Assembly: GCF_006345805.1 (NCBI RefSeq)
Contig: NW_021824092.1
Location: 1-20,267 of the forward strand
DNA: 20,267 nucleotides
Reading direction: 5' to 3'
Origin: Octopus sinensis
Taxonomy: Eukaryota
The position numbers were made by a program, and so were the translations under genes. The notes beneath the pieces are model-generated. The model was not told the DNA's origin. It ran no database searches and saw nothing but the letters and a program-made list of their open reading frames with translations. Positions 1 to 9,873 of this stretch are shown piece after piece (the stretch's first letter is position 1; each line of letters opens with the position of its first letter).

Positions 1-555
1 AGAGGAAATCTGCGACTAATACACTCCATCAGGAATAACAACTCACATGGATAGTTTATTCTCAAAAATAAACTCTCTGTCTATATACAGTTGATAGCCA
101 GTATTCGCGCAGCTGTCAACTGGAAATCACAATGCTGACTTCCGGTCAGTATTGCTTGTTAGTTCGGTGTCGCGCAGCATTAACGTTTGAACGACGGGCA
201 TTGTCAATTGATGTTTCCAGAGTTTTACATAGATGCGCCCGTTATCAGTTGATACCTGAGGGCCAACTTCGGTAATTGCATCTAAGTTTAACCCATAATG
301 CGCTGGGATTTGCACTTACATAGCATGGGCTGCTGAGCACTATTTATGAAAATTAGACTACCATACACACATAAAAAACAAAAAAAAAATAGTTAAAATA
401 TCTCCTTAGTATATAATGGTGGCAAGTTTTACATCATCTAGAAAGTCATGCTGGGGGGTATCGGAGCGTTTGAGCGACATTAGGCCCCAACAAATGCCCA
501 TAAATTAAATGAATCTATCTGGGCGACACGTTCGTGTCCCGTCGCATTCTATGTG
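1..555 (-). mobile_element. Degraded, internally deleted piggyBac (PGBD-like) DNA transposon relic, probably continuing off the left edge of the window
   Basis: The minus-strand frame of ORF 127..315, read through one stop, gives QIPAHYGLNLDAITE...SAL*FPVDSCANTGYQLYIDREF. This resembles the piggyBac motifs KPxKYG(I/L)KxxxLxE and GYHLYxDNFY at about the usual spacing. TTAA at 556-559 is followed on the minus strand by CACATAGAATGCGACGGGACAC, a plausible piggyBac-type terminus. Confidence 0.6.
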
Positions 556-633
556 TTAAGCGACTCTTATCGGAGGGAAAAGATTTATATTGCAATGAAG
601 ATGTTTTTGATCCCGCTTCATCATCAGCTGAGG

Positions 634-635
<2 letters not shown>

Positions 636-728
<93 letters not shown>
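636..728. repeat. (GAT)n trinucleotide microsatellite with one GAG interruption
   Basis: Directly visible; source of the poly-D and poly-S ORFs 534..809 and 515..805. Confidence 0.98.
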
Positions 729-730
<2 letters not shown>

Positions 731-2179
731 AGATATCACAGAAGAAGGTAATGCTTCAGTTAGCTTTGGATACAAAGACGGCACCGATTTTCTCCTTTTG
801 TACATTTGACCACAATACGATAATCTCAGACGAATTTATGCTTAAATGATTTTATTGCTTTTTAAACAATATTTTAACAATCTAAGAGTGTTAAAATATA
901 GTTATCTTAGTTTTATACTTGTCTAAAATGAAATAGGAATAAAACTTACGGTTTAAGTAAAAGGTGTCTGGCACACACATTCTGGCAAACTATTCTTGTT
1001 GGTTAATGCTTAATGCTACCAAGGAATATAGGGGCTCTTTTCCCCTATTCTCAACCTCGTTTCCCTCCCAGTTAACCATGCTGATTCCACATAAAACCAG
1101 ATGCAACTGTAACCCTATCAGCCATCTAGTAACTACTTTGCTCTTATGCATGTTAAGAATTTTCTGTTTGATCTCCTCTTTAGCCTTACTCTCAGATACA
1201 GCTGCCATATTTATGACAAGTATTTCTTTCAATCGCCCGTTCGCAACACATGCATGCAACCCAATGCCAACCAGGCAAAACATCTTGGATCTTGTTACAA
1301 AACCAATGATGTTCCATCTCTACTTGTAGTACCATACACCACGGTCCATGATATAGAGACTGCGACCAAAAGCCAGTGTCAATCCAGCATCATCGACTAA
1401 CATTAATCGAACGTAGAAGCACGTCGTACACTGCTGTTCAAAAATAAACTCGCCACGTGACTGGTTCTATTTTACACAAAATGTTCTACAATAGTTTCAT
1501 TTGTCCTGCTGCTGCCATTTTGCTATTTTCGCAAGATCCCCCCTCTCTGAATAAGACAAATTCTTCTGGCCACAATATCGTTCCACAATATGTTATTCTG
1601 ACGAATAAACACTTGTTTTGCATCCATTCGAGTTCAGATAAGTCTAAATTATATATTTTATACACTGCAACTATCATCGCTTTTATTCCAAGGGAGTGGA
1701 ATCTCTGCTACCTTCGCTGCTGCATCCATGTCAACAGAATAGCCTGGTTGCAAGAACAATATAATCCACCAAATCCCGTGGGTTCACCATATGGTAGCAG
1801 TATTTTTCCTTATTAATTTACCGAATGAAGCTCCAAAACCTGCTAGAATCCAGAAACTGACTAAAATGTCTTTAGATTCATTCAGTGCAAGGAACCTTGA
1901 TAGGCTTTTTACCAACGCACACCCATATACTTTCTTTCTACATTAAAGAAGGATATCAGATGGAATTGGTCACTTGATAATACCTTCTTCTGCATAGGTA
2001 CATACACGACCTCTGTTAAGCACAATTCCTGTGTTGGAATCTCTTTCCGCACTTACTGCAGTAGCCTCGTCAACATTCCGAGGGCACTGGAGCAGTAGTT
2101 ATAAACCATGTATGAGATGACATGGTTGAGAGGGTTCCACATATAGAAATATAAAGAGAGCTAAGCTGGTGGCAGAAGT

Positions 2180-2518
2180 AAGAGTAATTAGAAGAGAGAG
2201 AGAGAGAGAGAGTTAGAAAGGGATAGAGAGATGGACAGAGACGGAGAGAGTGGGGAGGCACACATACATACTTACATGCATGCATACATACATACATATT
2301 CATACGTATATATATATGCATATATATATTTATATATATATGTGTGTGTATATATATATATACATACACAGACTGAAACACACAAACACACACATATAGA
2401 TAACAAATATATACATAATATATATATATATATATATACAAATTATCTATATATATATATATATATACACGGATACACACACACATATATATACATACAT
2501 TCATACATACATATATAT

Positions 2519-2554
<36 letters not shown>

Positions 2555-2565
2555 CATACATGTTT
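2180..2565. repeat. Compound (GA)n/(TA)n/(CA)n/(TACA)n microsatellite field
   Basis: Directly visible simple repeats. Confidence 0.95.
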
Positions 2566-2794
2566 GTGAGTAGTAATGCGTAACAATATCAATTAAAATG
2601 CATCTTAATACAGTTGGGTCTAAGCAAGTGAAAATCCTCGAACAGTTATCGACTTTTAAAATGCGATACGACAACGGAGATCGTCCATTTTAGTTTATCA
2701 CCAAACTCGCTTAGTATAACGATTGTCCATGTGCAGTTATATAAGTATGTCTATACGTATGTAAGAACTATGGTATATGTATTCATATATTTGT

Positions 2795-3103
2795 AATCAT
2801 ATATATATATATAATATATATATAATATATATATATATATAATTATAGATATATATATATATATACATATATATATGTGTGGTGTGTGTATATATATATA
2901 TATGTTGGCGCGTGTGTGTCTGCGAAGGGTGCTTGTATGCAGACAAACACATGTTTTCGCACACCGCATCTTGATCCATCCGAGCATGAAGCAAAACCAT
3001 TTAAAGTGCTGAAATCATATTAAAATGACATAAAAGGATTTTAGAAATATGATTAATGTTTAAGCGATACAAATGGAACAGATATTAAAAGCCAAGTTTA
3101 TTC

Positions 3104-3143
<40 letters not shown>

Positions 3144-3593
3144 ATATATATATATATATTATATATATTACTATATATATATATATTATATATATATGTA
3201 TTCTATCATATATGTACATACTTCATCTATAATGCACACACATTATATATACATATGTATATCTATCTTCTATCTATCTAGCTATCTATATATCTATCTA
3301 TCTATCATCTATCTATCTATCTATCTAATGTATACTATAAAGAGAAATATATACATAAATATACACATCCTATATATATCTATATATATGTATACATATA
3401 AATAGATATCTATATATACATATTACTCGATACTATATATATCATACCACTATATAGATAATACCATATATATCCTTAATATCTATCTCTCTCTCTATTA
3501 TACATATCTACATACCTACTCTAGCCACATACATACATCTATACATACATACATATATACATACCCATACACCACATACATGCCATGCAATCA

Positions 3594-3639
<46 letters not shown>

Positions 3640-3640
3640 C
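2795..3640. repeat. Compound (TA)n/(TATC)n/(TACA)n microsatellite fields with a short unique interval (about 2905-3105)
   Basis: Directly visible simple repeats. Confidence 0.9.
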
Positions 3641-3948
3641 AAATTCGCATGCAATCAAATCTATAAACAGACAGCAACACGCTGCCTCGCCCACGCTTGC
3701 ATCTCCACACATATCCGATCGAGAGCAGATTTACACTGATCGATTACGGATAGCCTGACAAGTGGTGGTCTTCAAATAGTTCGATTGTATGTATGTGTGT
3801 ATGCGCACGTACAAGCGAGTGTGTGTGTGTGTGAGTGTGTGCCTGCTGGTCTATAGCGGGCCAGAGAAGCAGAGGGTTGTAGAAACATAGCAGGCGATTG
3901 AGGTGAGTGAGACGAAAGGAGAGAAAGGGAGAACGTAGAAGAAGGACG

Positions 3949-3980
<32 letters not shown>

Positions 3981-4164
3981 CGGGGGGGGTTGAACAATAA
4001 GAATGAGGCGCTGAGGGGAAATAAATGAAATGATTTATGGACAGAAATTTGTAATGATTTTCTACAATTACAGAAACGCAAAAATAAAACCATTATTTCT
4101 AAATATAAACACATACATGAATAAACTAATTTTGATATATACATATCCCACCACTTCCGCAACA

Positions 4165-4238
4165 GATCTATCTATCTATCTGTCTGTCTGTTTGTGTGTG
4201 TGTCTGTCATTCTGTCTATATGCATGTATGTATATATG

Positions 4239-4269
<31 letters not shown>

Positions 4270-4360
4270 TATTAGTATATACTATATATATTATTGTATG
4301 TATTTTATGTGTATATATATATATATATAAAATATATGTATTTATATAATATAGTATAAT
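4165..4360. repeat. Compound (TCTA)n/(TG)n/(TA)n microsatellite
   Basis: Directly visible. Confidence 0.93.
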
Positions 4361-4366
4361 ACTAGT

Positions 4367-4550
4367 TTCAAGGTTCATCCAAGGCTGGGAACACGGGCCA
4401 TATGCCTCCTGCCCAATTCAGGATCACAACATATAGGCACACTGCGATATAATTTATTTTCCTCCCTTTTCTTCCCTGCTCTGTTTAACATTGTCCCAAA
4501 ACAGATCAAAATTTAAACAAGCTAAAAAGCTGCACTCCATGCGGATTTTA
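4367..4550 (+). mobile_element. Probable 3' ORF2 fragment of a LINE (CR1/L2-like)
   Basis: The frame from 4367 reads FKVHPRLGTRAICLLPNSGSQHIGTLRYNLFSSLFFPALFNIVPKQIK. This resembles the C-terminal 'TLRxNxF...P.LFNxxPxxIK' region of CR1/L2-type ORF2 remnants, recognised by eye only. Confidence 0.45.
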
Positions 4551-4558
4551 AAGCTGGC

Positions 4559-4658
4559 TCCTACCGTTTCCCCTACGTATGTCGTTGTCTTGGTACCACA
4601 TCGTCCCTCTATACATCTTATACTATAGACTACATTTCTGGCTTTACAGTTTGTTTGT
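4559..4658 (-). mobile_element. Inverted 100-bp copy of the start of the adjacent PLE GIY-YIG fragment
   Basis: The reverse complement matches 4676-4775 at 92/100 positions (hand alignment) and translates TNCKARNVVYSIRCIEGRCGTKTTTYVGET. Confidence 0.93.
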
Positions 4659-4679
4659 GGGCTAAATCTACATCTACAT

Positions 4680-5017
4680 ACAAACTGTAAAACCAGAAAT
4701 GTAGTCTATAGTATAAGATGTATAGAGGGACGATGCAGTAACAAGACAACGACATACGTAGGAGAAACGGCAAGAAGCATAGGAGAGCGGGTAAATGAGC
4801 ATTGGAGACAACTCAAGGAAGGTAAAAGCTCATCGATTCTGTACCAACACGCCGAACAAGAACACGGGGATCAATCAATAACATAGAAATTAAAATATTA
4901 CCACACATAGATCAGATGCAACTTAGACAAATTACAGAAGCTACACACATAATAGAAAATAAACCTAGCCTGAATAGAAAACTAGAATGGAGCACCAACA
5001 CACACCACAACATATGA
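4680..5017 (+). mobile_element. Penelope-like retroelement 3' fragment encoding a GIY-YIG endonuclease (one frameshift)
   Basis: Translates TNCKTRNVVYSIRCIEGRCSNKTTTYVGETARSIGERVNEHWRQLKEGKSSSILYQHAEQEH. After a frameshift near 4880 it reads NIEIKILPHIDQMQLRQITEATHIIENKPSLNRKLEWSTNTHHNI*. It has the VVY..C..C..YVGET.R..R..EH core, the conserved Glu and the P.LN motif of PLE GIY-YIG domains. Confidence 0.9.
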
Positions 5018-5079
5018 CGATAGAGGATCCTGAAACATAATAAATACACAGATAAATAAACTAATAGAAATAAATAACT

Positions 5080-5126
5080 ATATATATATCTGTATATATA
5101 TATGTATATATATATATGTATATATG

Positions 5127-5171
<45 letters not shown>

Positions 5172-5260
5172 ATATATATTTTTTTTTCGATTCAATTTAT
5201 TATTATTATTACTAGTATTGTTGTTATACATAATACATACATACATACATACAAGCATAG
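5080..5260. repeat. (TA)n/(TTA)n/(TACA)n microsatellites
   Basis: Directly visible. Confidence 0.93.
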
Positions 5261-5900
5261 ATTCTGATAATATAGTTGGATGTAACACATGAACAAAATA
5301 AAATAACCAAAACAACAAAAAACCAAAACAAAACAAAAATACAAATTACATGAACTATAAAATTTACAAATTACATGAACATATATAAACAGAAGATACA
5401 ATATTTAACAGGCATCCCACCACATACCACACTAAATAAACATAAACGCACATAGAGATATAAGCATGCGCAAATGAAGACATCACAATAGAAATACAAA
5501 TGGCTGACGGTTAGTAAGGAGAGACACAAATAAGAAAGAAGAAAACAAAGGACCACTGGATGCGGTCACAGGAGTGTGACGAAAGAACTCTGGCCGAAAT
5601 AAGATTAAGATAAATGTAAAAAATAAATAACACTGAAGCAAAGTACACCAATATATAGTGCGTGTGTTGTTATTGGGCAAACTGAACTGGCACAATGAAC
5701 CATATCCGATATATAATAATATATATATATATATATATATAGGAACATTAAGTGTGTGAGTATATGTGTGTAAATTTTATTGTAGTTCTTCGATTGCTGA
5801 CTTCCAAGATTCTCATGCGTATGGGGTGATGCCCCACAGAATCTGGTTTATTGAGTGTCTACATTCAATCTCGCTCCATAGTTCTGTTGAGGTTGGTGTG

Positions 5901-6130
5901 CTAGTACTTATTTTCATGTCGATACTTAGAAATTAACTCTGATCTTCTTCTAAGTAATTGTTGTATTGATGAAGAAGAAATAGTTTTCATCATTACACAT
6001 GTCACTGTAATTTGCATATGAGATCTCTCGCTGAAGTGCAATATAGACCAGATAATATTAAAGTTGTCAACGGTGAGGTCTTTCAAATGGAATGCGATAC
6101 GCTTTCTTTTGTTTAATGGAGGGTCACTCT
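5901..6130 (-). mobile_element. C-terminal end of a second, different Penelope-like element ORF (degraded)
   Basis: ORF 5901..6086 and its upstream frame read IAFHLKDLTVDNFNIIWSIL...LLRRRSELISKYRHENKY*. This matches the PLE C-terminal signature W.IL....C.LC..EK....LLNKRSELISKCRH.NK. Confidence 0.75.
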
Positions 6131-6264
6131 TCGAAAGCTAAATACCCCTCAGCAATCGCTTTTTAAATCAAACACAACCCAGGTTCCGGCTGAAAATGTG
6201 AAACAAATTTGCGTATTATGCATTAGTTAATGCACCATTAAATAATTTATCATTCTCTTATAAA

Positions 6265-6366
6265 CCACACACACACACACATATATGTGTGTGTGTGTAT
6301 ATATATACATATATGTGTGTGTGTATATACATACACTCCATACATGCTACTACATATATAATGTGT

Positions 6367-6402
<36 letters not shown>

Positions 6403-6410
6403 GTGTATTA
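6265..6410. repeat. (CA)n/(TA)n/(TG)n microsatellite interrupting the minus-strand PLE relic
   Basis: Directly visible. Confidence 0.93.
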
Positions 6411-6424
6411 GCTTTGTTGTGGCT

Positions 6425-6800
6425 CACAAATGAATTTTGAGTCAAGCTGAAGTAAAACAGAGGCCTGCTGCATTTCCAGCTGCAGTCACCTGACACACAA
6501 TGCACTTATCAATGCACTTGGTTATCCTGGATGTTTCATTAATTAAAACTATTTCGGGTTTGATTTGTCTTTCTTTGAAAGACACTTTGGTTATGCAACA
6601 GGAATGACTTGTTATGGAAGGGTCGTGGAAGAACTGGTTTCTGTAATGTATTTGTTGAATGGTTTATAAAGTTTTATTGTCTTTGTGGAAGAGTATGTTA
6701 ATTAAAGAGATGAATTGTTCTGCAACAAGTTTTTCTCTGTTCGTTGGGTTTTTGTTGTTTGTGATACGGGAATCATGTTCCGTTGTGTCTTTGGTGTGGT
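6425..6800 (-). mobile_element. Upstream part of the same degraded PLE (RT-endonuclease linker and start of GIY-YIG)
   Basis: Frameshifted minus-strand pieces read VAEQFISLINILFHKDNK / KLYKPFNKYITETSSS / KCIDKCIVCQVTAAGNAAGLCF. They resemble FL.LIDKHFP...L.KIFN.NT.K.SYSC and KCL...IVYQA.V....Y.GL, and are collinear with the 5901-6130 piece. Confidence 0.6.
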
Positions 6801-7077
6801 TGTGCACGAGCTCTTGGTTTAACTTACCTTCGTCCATGTAAAAAGCTGTTTTTTGAGAGCAAAGATTATTTATTCTCTTATTTGCAACTGATATTTGTAT
6901 AAAAGCGTTCTTTTGTACAAATTCCAGCTATACAAATACAAATGTGGAATTTGAGAACTTGAATCTATATACACACACATACACACACGCAGGGGGTCTC
7001 AGATATATATAAACATTAGCTGTTAGGTTTTCTACAGAGCTTGTTGCATGGAGTCCGAAGTTCGATTAGGTTTTATA

Positions 7078-7314
7078 CAGGGTGGTCCAAAAGTAGGTAA
7101 ACATTTATCACGTAGGTACTTTAAATTTCTTTAAAAAACATTTTATTACATTTAAACTTCTATCTTACAAACTGAAAAGGGAGCTTGACAAAGTTAACTA
7201 AATCAGCATAGAATAATGGCTTCATATTTTTTTTATAATTAAGATCTAAACGATTAAAAGATGAATGCGAAAGAGATAGTCGAATAACTGTAAACCTAGT
7301 TTTGGGCCACCCGG
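7078..7314. mobile_element. Tc1/mariner-type MITE (237 bp)
   Basis: Imperfect 26-bp TIRs: CAGGGTGGTCCAAAAGTAGGTAAACA (7078-7103) versus the reverse complement CCGGGTGGCCCAAAACTAGGTTTACA (7289-7314), 21/26 identical. TA flanks both ends (7076-77, 7315-16). Confidence 0.85.
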
Positions 7315-7739
7315 TATTTATTAAGTAAGAAATATCGCAGGCTATTATTTCCAGATTGTTATGTAAAAGTCACAGTTGAGGCATAGTCGACATGTTTAGG
7401 AGATAAAAAAAACCCCATAGAATCTTCACAAGGTGTATTACATTTCAACGTGAAATTTATCCCTTACTCTAAGGTTATAACTCTGACTTTATATTATGTC
7501 CAGAGATGGGAAACAAATTATCTAATCATGCAAAACATAGGATGACATAAAAGCAAACACTCTATGGTCCATCGAGTCACTGAGGGAGAGCTGAAATCGC
7601 CATCGCCTTTTAGAATATCTGAGTGGTCAGTAATGGCTGATCTCATCTCATACACATACAATAGGAGTTGAACGCGGTATTGCAAGCTAGCAAACACTTG
7701 TTTATTTTACAGTACTACCTCTGCTTGTTGGAGTGACTT

Positions 7740-7855
7740 GTTACCCCTTACTCTGTGGCCTTAATCCACAGCTGAACTGGGGTAATTGCAAGTTAAGTAT
7801 CTTGATCATCGATATGACACAGTCTCGGTGACAGCATATGAACTATGGCCTTTTG
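7740..7855 (-). mobile_element. Highly degraded SINE fragment
   Basis: The minus strand reads GATGATCAAGATACTTAACTTGCAATTACCCCAGTTCAGCTG, similar to the central 'CTTGAGCAAG.CACTT...CCAGT.CACTCAGCTG' segment of the SINE at 12444. Confidence 0.4.
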
Positions 7856-7927
7856 CTGGTTGTGCTAAAGTATATACTCTGTTAGAACAATTCGTGAAAA
7901 TTCAGTCAACACACACACACACAAAGA

Positions 7928-8111
7928 TCTTGAACGCTAGCTACTAAAGCAATTTTTATTCTCTCTCTGCTTATTTTCTAGCGTTTCTTTCTGTTAAAGA
8001 GCGTCGGCTCGAAACGTAAAAAACTTCCTCACCTTCCCGAGCATTAAACTGATACACCTGTTTGTTGTTTACACACCTGTCTTCGTATTTTGTCTTTTTA
8101 TAAATTCGAAG
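7928..8111 (+). mobile_element. Short non-coding repeat with a degenerate minimal hammerhead motif (copy A; PLE pLTR- or retrozyme-like)
   Basis: Clearly homologous to 19592-19763 (shared CGCTAGCTA.TAAAGC, GAGC....GCTCGAAAC, CTCACCTTCC.GAGCATTAAACT.ATACACCTGTTTGTTGTTTACACACCTGTCT) and ends in (TA)n. Confidence 0.8.
7985..8023 (+). ncRNA. Degenerate type I hammerhead ribozyme motif
   Basis: TTCTTT-CTGTTAA-A-GAGC-gtcg-GCTC-GAAA-CGTA-AAAAA. Helix II, GAAA and the ACGU/GUA cleavage region are intact; the CUGAUGA core carries two substitutions. Confidence 0.6.
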
Positions 8112-8116
8112 TATAT

Positions 8117-8184
<68 letters not shown>

Positions 8185-8190
8185 TATATT
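8112..8190. repeat. (TA)n microsatellite
   Basis: Directly visible. Confidence 0.97.
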
Positions 8191-8403
8191 ACTCTTCTCT
8201 TACTCTTTTACTTATTTCAGTCATTTGACTGCTGCTATGCTGGAGCACCGCCTTTAGTCGAGCAAATCGACCCCAGGACTTATTCTTTGTAACCCTAGTA
8301 CATATTCTATCGGTCTGTTTTGCTACACCGCTAAGTTACGGGGACGTAAGCACACGAGCATCGGTTGTTGAGCGATGGTGGAGGGGAGATAAACGCAGAC
8401 ACA

Positions 8404-8443
<40 letters not shown>

Positions 8444-8626
8444 ACATATATATATATATACATATACATATATACGACGGGCTTCTTTCAGTTTCCGTCT
8501 ACCAAATCCACTCACAAAGCTTTGGTCGACCCGAAGCTATAGTAGAAGATACTTGCCCAAGGTGCCACGCAGTGGGACTGAACCCGGAACCATGTGGTTG
8601 GTAAACAAGCTACTTACCACACTCCT
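8189..8626 (-). mobile_element. Near full-length tRNA-derived SINE (family 1) with an internal (CA)n/(TA)n tract
   Basis: The minus-strand head GTGTGGTAAGTAGC...CCGGGTTCAGTCCC has A/B-box-like motifs. It is followed by GCACCTTGGGCAAGT (CORE-like), an internal microsatellite, and a tail ending ATGACTGAAATAAGTAAAAGAG. Homologous copies lie at 11046, 11703, 13257 and 19099. Confidence 0.92.
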
Positions 8627-8650
8627 GATACATGATGGACTTTCCCCTCC

Positions 8651-8943
8651 CTCGTCGAAGGCGACGTATGAATATTAAGTCTTCTTGCCAAACGATCTGC
8701 ACAAATGATTTGTTTTTCGTGATCAAAGATATGTGCCGCATATTAGCTCACTCTCCTCCATCAAATCGAGGTTGTCTGAACTGGGGCACGGTGTGCCACG
8801 CACCAGGTGTCGAAGTGATTGCAAAGCAACGTGAGATGTAGTGCTTTGCTCAAGATCACAACACACCACCCGATCTAAGAATTGAAACCACGATCCCTCG
8901 ATAGTGAGTGCGACATCCTAACCACTAGGCCATGCGTGCTCAC
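8651..8943 (-). mobile_element. tRNA-derived SINE (family 2)
   Basis: The minus-strand head CATGGCCTAGTGGTTAGG (A box)...GGTTTCAATTC (B box) is followed by GATCTTGAGCAAAGCACT; the head is homologous to 16733-16817. Confidence 0.8.
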
Positions 8944-9564
8944 AACCTCTCTCTCTATATGTTTAATTGTTTTAAAAGACAACTGATTTTGTAAATGTTT
9001 AATATGATTGCGTGTATATATGTTAGTTTGTATATGTATACGTCTGTACGTTTGTGTGTCTGTGTGCGTGTGTGTGTGTCTATGTGTTTTTAAGTGCTAT
9101 TGCATCATGTATCGAGAAATTATTATGTAAGTCTTATCATTATGGAACAGAAGATATATGCCAAGTACATTAATGGAGTTGAGTTTGTTGTGTCCGTGTG
9201 GAATAGCGTTACAGGAATATTAACTCAATCAGTAACGAACAGTAATCATTATAAATTCACCAGCTCTTTCCAAAAACGATGACATAATGCACTATTGATT
9301 GCCTAAACCGGAAGTGACAACGATCGTTGAAACTCCTCGACGTTCGCCTGTCTGCCTGCTTGCCTCCTACACGCTTCGCCTCCTACTCAAACATGAACAA
9401 CTTTCGGGATTAGCCCCACACAAACATATACACACGTTTGCTATATAATATGAAATGAAATAAAATAATATAACATGATATAACAGAATACAGTACAATA
9501 GGATATATTGTAATATATGACATAATATCATAAGATAAAATAAAACATTCATCACACACACACA

Positions 9565-9830
9565 AACACCCCCCCCCACACATATATATATATATACACG
9601 TATGTAAAGATGCACACACTTATGATAAATACAATATATACATACACCACACACATATTCATAAATATTTGTATAAGCGTATATACTCACACACCTACAT
9701 ATGTATTTATGTATGTGTGTGTGTTGGTGTGTATACGTGTCTGTTTGAGTGTGCGTGTGCGTGTGTGCGTGTGTGTGTGTTTGTTGGTGTGTATACGTGT
9801 GCATGTGTGTGTGTTTGTGTTGGTGTGTAT

Positions 9831-9873
<43 letters not shown>

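Noticed and set aside
515-809. Poly-Asp (+) and poly-Ser (-) ORFs
   Set aside because: Both are produced by the (GAT)n tract; the + ORF crosses the piggyBac TTAA boundary and neither has a recognisable domain.
2907-2957. Hairpin GTGTGTGTCTGC / GCAGACAAACAC
   Set aside because: The stem is largely GT/AC low-complexity pairing, expected by chance in this context.
3857-3908. Possible 46-nt exon ending at GAG|GTGAGT
   Set aside because: Weak acceptor with no pyrimidine tract, not a multiple of three, and no partner exons.
5790-5850. Possible hammerhead remnant downstream of the minus-strand PLE
   Set aside because: Neither CUGANGA nor GAAA is actually present; only a short GGGG/CCCC stem.
9310-9335. 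Palindrome CAACGATCGTTG followed by AAACTC, hammerhead-like
   Set aside because: No CUGANGA core and no helix I.
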